A DNA stretch of 64,000 nucleotides from Candidatus Hydrogenedentota bacterium (GCA_034408725.1 JAWXCN010000098.1:1-64000), one strand, 5' to 3'. Shown: positions 45,728 through 55,975, counted from the stretch's first letter. Notes: generated by a model from the letters alone, not told the origin. Program-made: numbers and translations.

Positions 45728-47681
45728 GTTTCTCGACTTCGCCTCTCCGTTTCTGAAACGGCAAACTGTTCGCAATCTCGTACACAAGCGACGAAAACCG
45801 GTACTCGCTTTCCGCGACCTTTCCGGTGATCTCCTCGACCACCGGCGCGTCGTAAGGCTCAAGCCCTCTGCCTAGTCCGTAGATTAACATTTTCTCCGCG
45901 AGACAGCGAGTAAAATCATTCTTGCGCTCCAGCAGCGTCGCCTTCAATTCCGCGACCCCCGCAAACGACCGGCCATCGGGTAATACTCCCGTATTATCAA
46001 TGGGTTGCGAGCCTTCCATCGTTCGCCACGCGCCAATCGCGTCGAAATTTTCCAGCCCAAATCCCAACGGATCGATACGAGCATGGCACGACGCGCAACT
46101 CTCGTTTTCACGGTGCGCCTCAAGCCGTTGCCGCATCGGCGCCGACTGATCGATCTTCGCCAACTCCAGATCGGGTACGTCCGGTGGCGGTGGCGGTGGA
46201 GGCGCCGCCAGGATATTTTGTAATACCCACACGCCGCGCAACACGGGCGACGTGCGCGTAGGATACGATGTCACCGTCAGCACGCTCGCCTGGGTGAGCA
46301 CTCCGCCACGTTGCGCGCGATCGACTGTGACGCGCTGGAACGCGTCTCCGGAAATCCCGTCAATCCCATAGTGCTTCGCCAGCGCCTCATTCACAAACGT
46401 GTAGTCTGCATCAATGAAATCGAGGATGCTGCGGTCTTCCTGCACGACGGAATGAAAGAACAGCTTCGTTTCTTCCGCCATCGCGGCGCGCAGCGCATCG
46501 TTGAACGAAGGAAACAACTCCGGATCCGGGTCCGCAGTCGTCATGTTGCGGAACTGAAGCCATTGCCCCGCAAAATGCTCCGCCAACGCAATCGATTTGG
46601 GATCGCGCAACATCCGATCAATTTCTCCTCGCAACACACCCGGATTGCGCAACCGTCCGGACTGCGCGGCATCGAGCAATGCGTCGTCGGGCATGCTGCT
46701 CCAGAGGAAATACGACAGGCGCGACGCCAAAGCGTAGCTGTCCACACGGCGATCGGGATTGCCAAACCGGCCGCGCTCGTTCGCTTCCACACGAAACAGG
46801 AACTGCGGCGACACGAGCATCGCCTGCAACGCAAGCTCGATCCCCTGCTCGAAGTTGTCGTCGTTCTCTCTCGCGAGTTGCACAAATCCGATCAAGCGAT
46901 TTATCTCGCCGCGCGTCGGGGGACGCCGGTACGCTTGCCGCGCCAATGGCGCCAGAATCCGCCTCGCGCATGCATCCGAATGTTCTTTACCCTCGTGGGT
47001 ACACGAAAAAATGTACCGTTTCGCAGCCGCATCCTCCGGTTCGGCGACTTCACGCGCCACCGCGTCGCGCGCAATTCGTTCAGCCGCGGTCAGGTACTTT
47101 TCCATCAGCAGCGGCGACAAAGAAAGGACGCTCCCAATCGTATCGAACCCGTAACCGCTGTCGTCAGGCGGGAAATCGTCCGCGGGCCGGAAATCCACGC
47201 CCAACAGATCGCGTACGGTGTTGTTGTACTCCGCCCGGTTCAGCCGCCGAACCGTCACCCGTCCCGCGTGCGGCTCCACCGTCGCAAGCCGCGCCCGCTG
47301 CTGTTCATCGAGAAAGTCCACCAAGGTGGTAATTTCATCCGCCGTGGGTTGCGTCTGCTTCTTCGGCGGCATCTGCCCCGACCGCACCATCTCCACGACC
47401 CTGCCCCACAGCTCCCCCTGCTCCAGCGCAACTTCCGTCGATGCGAACGATTCGAGATCGACGTCGCCCCGCATCCGGTCCGCATTGTGACACTTCACGC
47501 AATACTCGGATAAAAACGGCGTCACCGTCGATTCAAACGCCGCCACCGCCTCCGGCGTAACCTCCGCCGATTCACCCGATCCAGCAACCGTCTCGCAACC
47601 GCTCAAAAACAATGCCCCAGCTCCCAACGGCAAATACACCGCCAGAAACCGAAGCGTTGATATCACTTTAATTCGATGCAT
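45690..47681 (-). CDS. DUF1592/DUF1588-family (PSD domain) protein with heme c motifs
   Basis: YCVKCH, RRLNRAEYNNTVRDL, LASRLSYFLWSSMPD, TSPVLRG.W, CASCH. Confidence 0.9.
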   Translation of the reverse strand: MHRIKVISTLRFLAVYLPLGAGALFLSGCETVAGSGESAEVTPEAVAAFESTVTPFLSEYCVKCHNADRMRGDVDLESFASTEVALEQGELWGRVVEMVRSGQMPPKKQTQPTADEITTLVDFLDEQQRARLATVEPHAGRVTVRRLNRAEYNNTVRDLLGVDFRPADDFPPDDSGYGFDTIGSVLSLSPLLMEKYLTAAERIARDAVAREVAEPEDAAAKRYIFSCTHEGKEHSDACARRILAPLARQAYRRPPTRGEINRLIGFVQLARENDDNFEQGIELALQAMLVSPQFLFRVEANERGRFGNPDRRVDSYALASRLSYFLWSSMPDDALLDAAQSGRLRNPGVLRGEIDRMLRDPKSIALAEHFAGQWLQFRNMTTADPDPELFPSFNDALRAAMAEETKLFFHSVVQEDRSILDFIDADYTFVNEALAKHYGIDGISGDAFQRVTVDRAQRGGVLTQASVLTVTSYPTRTSPVLRGVWVLQNILAAPPPPPPPDVPDLELAKIDQSAPMRQRLEAHRENESCASCHARIDPLGFGLENFDAIGAWRTMEGSQPIDNTGVLPDGRSFAGVAELKATLLERKNDFTRCLAEKMLIYGLGRGLEPYDAPVVEEITGKVAESEYRFSSLVYEIANSLPFQKRRGEVEKHDDDTATEEVGS

Positions 47682-47840
47682 ACTGCTCTGAAACCAGGTT
47701 ACAAGACTTTCGTAAAGGTACCATTCCAGCCCTGCGCGCGACAAAACCGTTGCACTTCGCTGCCTCAACCGCTTCCGTATCAATTGACCTAATCACGCTG
47801 CCCGGCTAACATGTACGTAACCCAAAAGGTAAACCGGCCC

Positions 47841-48179
47841 ATGAGCACACAAACATTCCTACACTTCAAACCCTACCGGGCCAAATCCCTGCAACTCTCT
47901 ATTGCCGCGCCAATCGCTCTGATTTGGCTCGCGCTCGCGACATTATCCGTTGTTTGGTGGGCCGGTCTCATTATTGCCACCGGCCTCGGAACAGCCGGCG
48001 GACCCCACTGGACCAAACCCTATCTCATGGTTGTCTGCACACTCGCCATCGCCATGGCCGCGATGGAAGCTGTCTTCTTCCACCGCGCTACCCAAGGCCG
48101 CTCGCGCCTGTGGCACCACTTCGCAATGTTCTCCGCCGCATTCGTCATAGTGGCCATGATAGCCATCGTCGGCGACTGA
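47841..48179 (+). CDS. Small hypothetical membrane protein
   Basis: Three hydrophobic segments; start uncertain (47811 or 47841). Confidence 0.6.
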   Translation: MSTQTFLHFKPYRAKSLQLSIAAPIALIWLALATLSVVWWAGLIIATGLGTAGGPHWTKPYLMVVCTLAIAMAAMEAVFFHRATQGRSRLWHHFAMFSAAFVIVAMIAIVGD

Positions 48180-48345
48180 TTTTCGACCTTGCTTCACGTA
48201 TTTCCATTTTTCATCGAATCAAAATGCGAATCGTTCTTCATTTCGTCGGCTAAATGACCCTCGTCTCGCAAACTGCCCGTCATATCCCGAATCCTCCGAG
48301 TGCAACACGCTGCCCTATTTGGTAAGGGATTTGTAACGTGATCGG

Positions 48346-49296
48346 CTATCGAACCGATCCCAGCGCAAACTCCTTCGCGTGCACCAATCGCGTCAGCAGC
48401 GTATTTGTCGGACACGCGATCCCGTGTTGGTCCCCCAATCGCGCTATCGCGCCGTTGAGCGCATCGATTTCCGTGCGCCGAAGATTGATAAAATCCGCGC
48501 GCATGCTCGCGTAGTGCGCCGCCGTCGGCGGGATGAGGTCGTTGAAGAGATGCGGAATATACGCCTCCGGCGTCGCAGGATCCATTGGCACGTCCATGAC
48601 CTTCGCGACCGCATAAAGTTCGTGCACGATCTCCCGCATCGTCTCGCGCGTGTGTTCCGTGTCGAGCAATGCGCCATACGGCACGTCCAGCAGTGCCGAC
48701 ATCGGGTTCAACGCGCAGTTGTACGCAACCTTGTTCCACAAAACCGTGCGTATTCGGTCGGTATACACCGTCGGCATTCCCGCCGCGTGCATCGCCTCCG
48801 CGATCTCCCGCACGCGCGCGACCGGCGCGTCCGCGTGATACGCTCCAATAGCTGTCGGGTTCGCAATCACCGTCACATCAACATGTCCCGGCGCGCGCAC
48901 CACGACCCCGTAAATCGCGCGCGCGCCGATGGTCCGCTCCCAACCAATCCGCGCCGCAATGGCCTCCGCATTGCCCAGCCCGTTCTGATACGAACATACC
49001 AGCGTATTGTCATCAACGAGCGGCGATATGAGGGCTGCTGTCGCCGCCGTGTCGTATGCCTTCACCGTGACGAGAATGAGATTGAATTCGCCCCGGCGGA
49101 AACCTTCCCCAGACGTGCGGGTATCGATACCCGTAACATGATGTTTGCCCCAGATACCCGTAACGTGCAAACCGCCCGCGCGTATCGCCTCCATGTGCGC
49201 CGCACGTCCAATGAGCGACACGGCATGCCCATGCTCGGCCATGAACCCACCGACAACACTGCCAATCGCTCCCGCGCCGGCGATAAGGATATTCAT
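48346..49296 (-). CDS. panE: 2-dehydropantoate 2-reductase
   Basis: GAGAIG, VKAYD, QNGLG, WNK...NCALN, SM..D.....TEIDALNG. Confidence 0.92.
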   Translation of the reverse strand: MNILIAGAGAIGSVVGGFMAEHGHAVSLIGRAAHMEAIRAGGLHVTGIWGKHHVTGIDTRTSGEGFRRGEFNLILVTVKAYDTAATAALISPLVDDNTLVCSYQNGLGNAEAIAARIGWERTIGARAIYGVVVRAPGHVDVTVIANPTAIGAYHADAPVARVREIAEAMHAAGMPTVYTDRIRTVLWNKVAYNCALNPMSALLDVPYGALLDTEHTRETMREIVHELYAVAKVMDVPMDPATPEAYIPHLFNDLIPPTAAHYASMRADFINLRRTEIDALNGAIARLGDQHGIACPTNTLLTRLVHAKEFALGSVR

Positions 49297-49445
49297 CGTA
49301 TAAAAACCTTCCGCTCTTGCTCAGTACCAAATGGCGGGTTGGAAAAACCGCCCTCCGTTGGCGGTAGTATAGGGGACAGTCACCGTCGGCGCGTTTTGGC
49401 CGATGGTGGCTGTCCCCGAACCACGTAAATGAAAGGCCCAAGTCC

Positions 49446-50507
49446 ATGCGAGTTATTCTCCGACCCATTTTCTTATTTGCCATAACTCTCTCTGCCGCAA
49501 TCGCAAACGACGGCCCATTCCTCGCCGTGCCCGCGGGGGGCATCCATTTTCAAAAAACCGACGCCATCAGCATGGACAAGGAAGATCTCTTCATCAGCGA
49601 AGACAAAATCCGCGTCGCCTACGTCTTCCGCAACACCACCGCCGAAGACTTCACCACCGAAGTTGCGTTCCCGCTACCCATCTACAGTCTCGATGAATTC
49701 GAAGGCATGAAACCCGCCTATGCAAATTTTAGCGTGAAGGTCAATAACAAACTGGTCGAGTTCCGTACCATCGAACGCGCCGTGCTCTGCAAACCCCAGG
49801 AAAAGGAATGGGCCGCGCCCGCGCGCGGACAGTGGAGCCCCGACAAGGACATCACCGACGCGCTCACGAATCACAACATGCCTGTTGGCGAACCCGAAAA
49901 GGTATGGGAGGCCATTGATAATCTCTCAGACGAAGCGCTCGCCGACCTCGTCGCCGCGGGCGCGATTGTCGAAGACTACGAAGTGCGCGTGCCGAAGTGG
50001 AAAGTGCAGACCGCGTACGTGTGGAAACAGACATTCCCCGTGAACGCGGAATTGCGCGTCGAACACGAGTACGAGCCGCAGATTGGTTATTTTCAAGAGT
50101 GGCATCTCGAGCCGTTTGTCGATGAAGTCTATGCAGGAAAAATGGAATTGGACGCAGTCCCAAAATTCGGCACCGCCGAATTCAACGCGAAGTCCGCCCC
50201 GTTCCTGAAACAGTACGACATCGATCAAGGGGTACTGGGGTGGGCCGAAAAGCAGCGTGCCGCAAAAAAACGCTTCAGTTTCACAGTCGTAAATTACATC
50301 CTCACCACCGCCGCGTATTGGAAAGGGCCCATCAAGGAATTCACATTGACGATTGAAAAGCCGCAGACACAGGAGCCGGTAGCGGTGTCAACCGCGGTAG
50401 ATGGATTGAAAAAAATCGATGAGCGGCGCTTCAGCGTCACGCGCAAAGATTTCGTGCCGGAGAAGGATCTGTCCGTCGTGTTTATCCACGCATATGAGGA
50501 GTTCTAA
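49446..50507 (+). CDS. DUF4424-family secreted protein
   Basis: Signal peptide, AND...GG..F.K...ISM.KEDL.IS...I.V.Y.F.N, WKQTFP, YIL.T...W.GPI..F.L. Confidence 0.75.
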   Translation: MRVILRPIFLFAITLSAAIANDGPFLAVPAGGIHFQKTDAISMDKEDLFISEDKIRVAYVFRNTTAEDFTTEVAFPLPIYSLDEFEGMKPAYANFSVKVNNKLVEFRTIERAVLCKPQEKEWAAPARGQWSPDKDITDALTNHNMPVGEPEKVWEAIDNLSDEALADLVAAGAIVEDYEVRVPKWKVQTAYVWKQTFPVNAELRVEHEYEPQIGYFQEWHLEPFVDEVYAGKMELDAVPKFGTAEFNAKSAPFLKQYDIDQGVLGWAEKQRAAKKRFSFTVVNYILTTAAYWKGPIKEFTLTIEKPQTQEPVAVSTAVDGLKKIDERRFSVTRKDFVPEKDLSVVFIHAYEEF

Positions 50508-50556
50508 CCCTAATTCGCCTCAACTCGTTAAGCAGAAATCCTCAACCTAAGCGAAC

Positions 50557-50619
50557 GCGGATTCAAAGTCTAAATGCACCGGCCTTGCCGCTGCCGGGGC
50601 ATTTAGACCTTGAATCCGC
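50557..50619. repeat. 27-bp-arm palindrome
   Basis: GCGGATTCAAAGTCTAAATGCACCGGC / GCCGGGGCATTTAGACCTTGAATCCGC; partial relative near 52739-52772. Confidence 0.8.
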
Positions 50620-50721
50620 AAAGTCCCCCTTTGAAGGGGGGTAGGGGGGATGTGAATTGCGCATAGCGTCCGGGGACAGCCACCTCCATCCAAAACGCGA
50701 TGCCGGTGACAGTCCCCTCGG

Positions 50722-52662
50722 TTACTTCGGTACCTGTTCTTCTTCGGGTATTTCGATTGTCACACGCTTCGGTTTATCCCCGAAGTGTGTCGGCGTGCCG
50801 GTGTAAATGGCGTCGTTCATCCAAGCGAATTTACCGTCCGCATACGCGCTGGACACCTTATTCAGCACGCGATTGTGATTGCGCGAGACCTGTCGGAAGT
50901 TGCGTTCGATCCGTTCACGCGCCGACGCGCACAGGTAATCCACGAGATTCTGCAGATCTTCATCGTTTGGGTTCCTCGACAGCAACCGTTCCGCGCGCGC
51001 CAAACTCGCGGACATCGCAAACAGGTCGGTGCCGATATCGACGAAGCACGCGAGGATGAGTTGCTCAAATTCCAGTTTCGGTCCGAACTTGGCCATCGTA
51101 TGGAACATCGTTCGCGCAAGACGTTTGCTCGCACGGCCAATATAGTTGAGGTGCTCACGGTTCGCGGACGATAGATGTTTCGCGTCGTGACCGCCGCCCG
51201 CGGGCAACCAGGTCTTCGGATACCACGTAAGGTAGAACTTCGCGGCGCTGATGATCGCCTGAGTTTTGCTTTCCTTCTGTCCCGGCTTCGGCATGAGTAT
51301 CGGCATCACCCGCCGCATGTGCATGTCCATTGCTTCGCGCGCGATGAACAGTTGCATGATTTCGCTCGTGCCTTCGATGATGCGCGAAATGCGCGCATTG
51401 CGCATCGACATTTCCACCGCAAACGGTTTCTCACCGCGCGCGCGAAGCGAAGCCGCGGTTTCGAAGCCGCGCCCGCCGCGCACCTGCAACACGTCATCGC
51501 AAACCTTCCACGCGGTTTCCGTGCAGAAGTATTTCGCCATCGCCGACTCGAGACGGATGTCCGCGTCGCCCCGCTCAGCCAACGCGCACGCAAGATCGTT
51601 GATACTTTCCATGGCGAACGTCGCCGCGGCAGTGTCGGCAAGTTTCTTGCCCACGGCCTGATGCTTGTAAATCGGCGCGCCCCATTGCACGCGCTCGTTC
51701 ACCCAGTCGCGCAGGTGGTGCATTGCTGCCTTGCCACCGCCCGCGCATGTCGCCGGCACCGTCAAGCGGCCGGTGTTCAATGTGGTGAGCGCAATCTTCA
51801 GCCCTTCTCCCGTCTTGCCGATGAGGTTTTCCGCGGGCACCTTCACGTTCGTAAAACGGAGCAGCCCGTTGCGGATGCCGCGCACGCCCATGAACCGGCA
51901 CACATGCACAACTTCAAAGCCCGGCGTATCCGTCTCGACGACAAACGCGGAGATTTGTTTCTTTTCCTTGCCATTGACGATCTTCGGAGGCGTCACCGCC
52001 ATCACCACGAGCAGTTCCGCGACAGGGCCATTCGTACACCACAATTTTTCGCCGTTGAGCAGATAGTACGAACCGTCTTCCGAAGGCGTTGCGGTCGTGG
52101 CCATCTTCGCGGGATCGGAACCCACGCTGGGCTCCGTCAACGCAAATGCCGACATCGCGCCTTTCGCGAGGCGCGGCATGAACTTGTCCTTCTGCGCCTT
52201 TGTCCCGAACAGCTTCAACGGCTGCGGCACGCCGATGCTGAGGTGCGAACTGATGTACACCGAAGTCGAGGCGCAGTACGACGCGATGTACGCGACGATG
52301 CGGTTGTAATTCGTCTGCGACATGCCAAGGCCGCCGTACTCTTTCGATATTTTGATTCCGAAACAGCCGATGTCCGCCAGCGCGCGCAATGCCTCGCGCG
52401 GCACTTCCTCCTCGCGATCAACCTTCTCCGGGTCGATGTACTTCTCCATCACGACACGGACTTTTTCCATGTACTCGTCGCCGATGCGCTTGTCCTCCGG
52501 GTCCTGTTCGGGGAACGGGCTTATCAGTTCCCATCGGAAGTTTCCTTTGAACAGTTCCGCGACAAAACTCGGGTGGTCCCAGGATGTTTGACGCGAATCT
52601 TCGGCGAGATCCATGGCAGCTTTTTTTTCATGCTCGTGGGAGTTCATGGAGGTCTTCCTCAT
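50722..52662 (-). CDS. Acyl-CoA dehydrogenase (long, VLCAD-like)
   Basis: AFALTEP.VGSD, NGEKLWCTNG, LNTGR, R.QWG.PI, GGRG, IIEGTSEI. Confidence 0.93.
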   Translation of the reverse strand: MRKTSMNSHEHEKKAAMDLAEDSRQTSWDHPSFVAELFKGNFRWELISPFPEQDPEDKRIGDEYMEKVRVVMEKYIDPEKVDREEEVPREALRALADIGCFGIKISKEYGGLGMSQTNYNRIVAYIASYCASTSVYISSHLSIGVPQPLKLFGTKAQKDKFMPRLAKGAMSAFALTEPSVGSDPAKMATTATPSEDGSYYLLNGEKLWCTNGPVAELLVVMAVTPPKIVNGKEKKQISAFVVETDTPGFEVVHVCRFMGVRGIRNGLLRFTNVKVPAENLIGKTGEGLKIALTTLNTGRLTVPATCAGGGKAAMHHLRDWVNERVQWGAPIYKHQAVGKKLADTAAATFAMESINDLACALAERGDADIRLESAMAKYFCTETAWKVCDDVLQVRGGRGFETAASLRARGEKPFAVEMSMRNARISRIIEGTSEIMQLFIAREAMDMHMRRVMPILMPKPGQKESKTQAIISAAKFYLTWYPKTWLPAGGGHDAKHLSSANREHLNYIGRASKRLARTMFHTMAKFGPKLEFEQLILACFVDIGTDLFAMSASLARAERLLSRNPNDEDLQNLVDYLCASARERIERNFRQVSRNHNRVLNKVSSAYADGKFAWMNDAIYTGTPTHFGDKPKRVTIEIPEEEQVPK

Positions 52663-52689
52663 GGTTGCCGCAAGCCAGCGGGTAATACT

Positions 52690-52738
52690 ACCTACTATTC
52701 AGTAGGTTTAGTCTATCCAAGAACTCCGCGCGTGTCAA
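52690..52738 (-). promoter_or_regulatory. Sigma70 promoter plus palindromic operator for the acyl-CoA dehydrogenase
   Basis: Minus strand TTGACA-N17-TAGACT (52738-52710); ACCTACT-N4-AGTAGGT at 52690-52707. Confidence 0.65.
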
Positions 52739-52844
52739 CGGATTCCACGCGCTCGGGTTAAGACCTTGAATCAGGTCCAGTCCAACGGTAAGATTTTGCC
52801 TTTAGTGTGTGCATTTTGTGCTGTCCGAAAAGGAGTTATGGGAT

Positions 52845-54215
52845 ATGGCTGAGGTACGCGGATTTCGCGCGTTTCGATTTGATAAGGCGGTTGTCGGCAA
52901 CCTGGACAACGCCATTACGCCCCCATTCGACGTCATCAGCGACGAGGAACGCGAGATTCTGGCGGCGCGGGGGCCGCACAACTATGTGCACGTGATCCTG
53001 CCCCATGACCGGGATGGACAGAGCAAGTACGAGGTGGCTGCGGACATTTTCGAAAAGTGGATCGCCGATGGCGCATTGAAGCAGGACGACGCGGATTCGT
53101 TCTACCTGCTGGAGCAGACCTTCACCGGGCTCGACGGCCAGGAGCATGTGCGGCGCGGATTTCTGGGTGTGGCGAAAATTCCAGAGCCGGGCGAGGACAC
53201 AGTGCTCGGGCACGAGCGGACGTTCGACTGGAAGGTTACGGACCGGCTGGCGTTGACCGGCACGACCAAGGCGAATCTCGGCGCGGTGTTTGTCCTTTAC
53301 GAGGATGAGCAGCACGCACTCGCGAATTTTCTCGGTCAGATGGAGAAGCGCGAGCCGGACATGGTCGCAACGACCATCGACGGCGTGAAGCAGCGCGTCT
53401 GGCGGGTTGCCGCTGACTCGGCGGTGACGAAGTTTTTTGACGGGAAGAAGCTTTATATTGCGGACGGACACCACCGGTACCGCACCGCGCACACGTATCG
53501 CGACAAGATGCGGCTTGCCGAAAGAGGGAACATCCCCCTAAATCCCCCTTCAAAGGGGGACTTAAGAGGGAACGAGCCAACGTCGAAGGGTGAATTAAGT
53601 GGGGCGCAGGGTGAATCAAGAGGCGGCGATCCGGTGTCGAAGGGGGACTCGATACCGCGATACGAGTATGTGCTGATGGGTTTCATCTCGCTGGATGATC
53701 CCGGCCTGTTCGTGTATCCCGCGCACCGCGTCGTGGATGCGCCCGCAGGGTTCAACGAAGCGCAGTTCTTGAAATCACTGGAGCCGTGGTTCGAAGTGTT
53801 GCCGGTCGACGGCGATCTGAATGCGCACGTGCAGGATGAGTTGGACTCCGCCATCGGCGTCGCGTTCAAATCCGGCAAACATTACGTGCTGCGCCTGCGC
53901 GAAATCGACCGCACGGCACTCCTCGGCGCCGAACACGGTCCCGCATGGCGCGCGCTGGACGTCGCCGTCCTACACGGCGGCATCCTCGAACGCATCCTCA
54001 ACTACGCCCCCGACGCCCAACACATCTACGAAAAAGACCCGCGCGTCGCCCTCGACCTCGTCGCCTCCGGCAAAAAAGACATGACCTTTATCCTCCGCAA
54101 CATGCAACCGGAACAGGTCTGCGCCTGTGCCGAAGCCCGCGAATCCATGCCGCAGAAGGCGACGTACTTTTTCCCGAAGCTGCCATCCGGCGCCGCGATA
54201 CACATGCTGATGTAG
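52845..54215 (+). CDS. DUF1015 family protein
   Basis: PPFDVIS, HERT, YIADGHHRY, AHR, MPQKATYFFPKL; start ATG 52845. Confidence 0.9.
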   Translation: MAEVRGFRAFRFDKAVVGNLDNAITPPFDVISDEEREILAARGPHNYVHVILPHDRDGQSKYEVAADIFEKWIADGALKQDDADSFYLLEQTFTGLDGQEHVRRGFLGVAKIPEPGEDTVLGHERTFDWKVTDRLALTGTTKANLGAVFVLYEDEQHALANFLGQMEKREPDMVATTIDGVKQRVWRVAADSAVTKFFDGKKLYIADGHHRYRTAHTYRDKMRLAERGNIPLNPPSKGDLRGNEPTSKGELSGAQGESRGGDPVSKGDSIPRYEYVLMGFISLDDPGLFVYPAHRVVDAPAGFNEAQFLKSLEPWFEVLPVDGDLNAHVQDELDSAIGVAFKSGKHYVLRLREIDRTALLGAEHGPAWRALDVAVLHGGILERILNYAPDAQHIYEKDPRVALDLVASGKKDMTFILRNMQPEQVCACAEARESMPQKATYFFPKLPSGAAIHMLM

Positions 54216-54368
54216 CGCTGAATTCCGATTCGGCGCACGTCGCGTAGGATCACTTCGAAATGCAATAATCCCGAAACGAAGGGTTTGCTAAGAGTAGGCT
54301 ATGGTGTTTTCCGGAGGCATTGCTCGTTACGCGGCGTATCGGAATGGGAGGCCGTCCGTTGGTGATTC

Positions 54369-55012
54369 CTCGTTACGAAATTTCCATTTCGTAACGCACT
54401 CTTGACAAGCTCCGCTTTGGTCTTTCGACTTGGTCGGCTCACCGCCCCAACTCATCAATCTCCATAACCGAATGATCCCCCAACATATAATTCCTTGCCG
54501 ACGAATACCGCCAATGCTCTGGCGCATCCACATACCCCCGCCGGACCGGGTTATTATGGATGTACTCCATCTTCTGATTCAGCATGTCATCATCAACAAT
54601 CAACTGCGGATGCGCGCCCTCCTGCCAGACTGATGCCGGCTCGCGTCTTTGTACCGCTTCTTGTACAACATGAATTGATTCAACAACCCTCGTCGCCCCG
54701 ACGCCTCCGCCAGCGCGACGATCTCCATCGCTGTAAACCCCTTGAACGCCCGCATGACCCCACTCAAATCTGGTGCGCCCGCGACCAGGTGCAAATGGTT
54801 CTCCATGATCACGTAAGCGTACAACCGCAAGCCTTTATTTGCGCGACAGAACGAGAGCGAATCAATGATCACGTCGAAGTACGGCCGGGATTGGAATACA
54901 GGTAACCATTCGACGATGGTGCACGTGAGAAAGTAGACGCGTCTACGATACGATAGCGGGAGCGCATGAGGGGAAAATATATGTCAAAGCAAAGCTTTTC
55001 AAGAGCGCGTTA
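54369..55012. mobile_element. Decayed RAYT element with inverted flanking repeats
   Basis: TAACGCACTCTTGACAAGCTCCGCTTT (54392-54418) is imperfectly inverted at 54986-55012; palindrome CGTTACGAAAT..ATTTCGTAACG at 54371-54396. Confidence 0.75.
54439..54967 (-). pseudogene. REP-associated tyrosine transposase (RAYT, Y1/HUH), two frameshifts
   Basis: MRSRYRIVD / YFLTCTIVEWLPVF..YVIMENHLHLV..HQ / VWQEG.HP..YIHNNPVRRG..WRYSSA; frame changes near 54940 and 54630. Confidence 0.88.
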
Positions 55013-55198
55013 TGCAAACCTTCACCGAAGCCATGCACCTCGCCCATGCATCGAGACTGGAGCTGTTGAGGCCGTCGAGATTGGGCCCTACGGACAGCTC
55101 GTCAGAGGCGGCGGCAGCGGCGGAACACGCAGCATAAATTACTGTATTCGTAACCAACACCAAAGGGATACTGTCAACTCAAGTATTGTTCAGGACAG

Positions 55199-55975
55199 CT
55201 AAGCCTTTCGCCATTCGACTCTCTGTATTTTTATATCGGGAAACATATCTCCCAGCATTTCCTCTTGTGGCGACACCAGATTATTAACTAATACCATGAA
55301 CGGTTTCATAACTTTTGCGTCAAGACCAGAACCAAGTTTCCTAAAGGTTCGCGTGAAGGTAAAAGCGGCGGAATCGGCGACTTGAAGCAGCGCACATTCT
55401 GATTTATTCCAAAATATGGGGTTGTGAACTATTCTCTGGAATGGAAAATAAGTCGCCGACAAGGCGCTGCTAGCTTCGCTATTAAGGACTTTGTGCTGGT
55501 CTCTTATTGCCTTGCGATAGCACGGAGTGTCTTCATACACCAGCATGCAGGTTTCACTACCCTGATTTCTCATATACGCTTCAATTGCCAGAGCACAACG
55601 CGCGGATGCCAACTTGAGCGCGTAAGCAATCCGTTCTTTTTCGTTGCCGATTCGTCTTAGGCGTCGATCAACCACACCCATCACAACCGGCAAATTAAAC
55701 TCTGCTATAATCGCAATCGTATCGTTAAGTAGGCCAAGCCTCTTGTCTTCTGAATAAATGTTCTTGTCAAATGTCCTATTACCCCAAAGAATATCCGTCC
55801 CATGAAGCACAACATCATCGGACTGGACGGCGAAAAATGCCGTTTTTATCTCCGAGAGCCTGTGTTCGATTGCTTTCAATTGCGAGTCCATGTTGACGAC
55901 CACACCAGCGATCACAACAAAGGGATCGTGCTCCAATTTGCCAAGCCCAGAGTCATCTAAAAAAGCAACTCGCAT
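55199..55975 (-). CDS. DUF3800 domain protein
   Basis: N-terminal FLDDSG, LHG, late LQVAD motif; AT-rich codon usage. Confidence 0.75.
   Translation of the reverse strand: MRVAFLDDSGLGKLEHDPFVVIAGVVVNMDSQLKAIEHRLSEIKTAFFAVQSDDVVLHGTDILWGNRTFDKNIYSEDKRLGLLNDTIAIIAEFNLPVVMGVVDRRLRRIGNEKERIAYALKLASARCALAIEAYMRNQGSETCMLVYEDTPCYRKAIRDQHKVLNSEASSALSATYFPFQRIVHNPIFWNKSECALLQVADSAAFTFTRTFRKLGSGLDAKVMKPFMVLVNNLVSPQEEMLGDMFPDIKIQRVEWRKA

Noticed and set aside
44276-47513. Plus-strand ORFs of 336 aa and 400 aa
   Set aside because: Antisense to the DUF1552/DUF1592 genes; typical high-GC shadow ORFs
48222-48242. Fur-box-like AATGCGAATCGTTCTTCATT
   Set aside because: Imperfect and located between convergent gene ends, with no promoter to control
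51175-52761. 528-aa plus-strand ORF
   Set aside because: Antisense shadow of the acyl-CoA dehydrogenase; Arg/His-rich with no domain
54625-54640. Programmed frameshift in the RAYT gene
   Set aside because: No slippery run, and a second independent frameshift near 54940 points to decay
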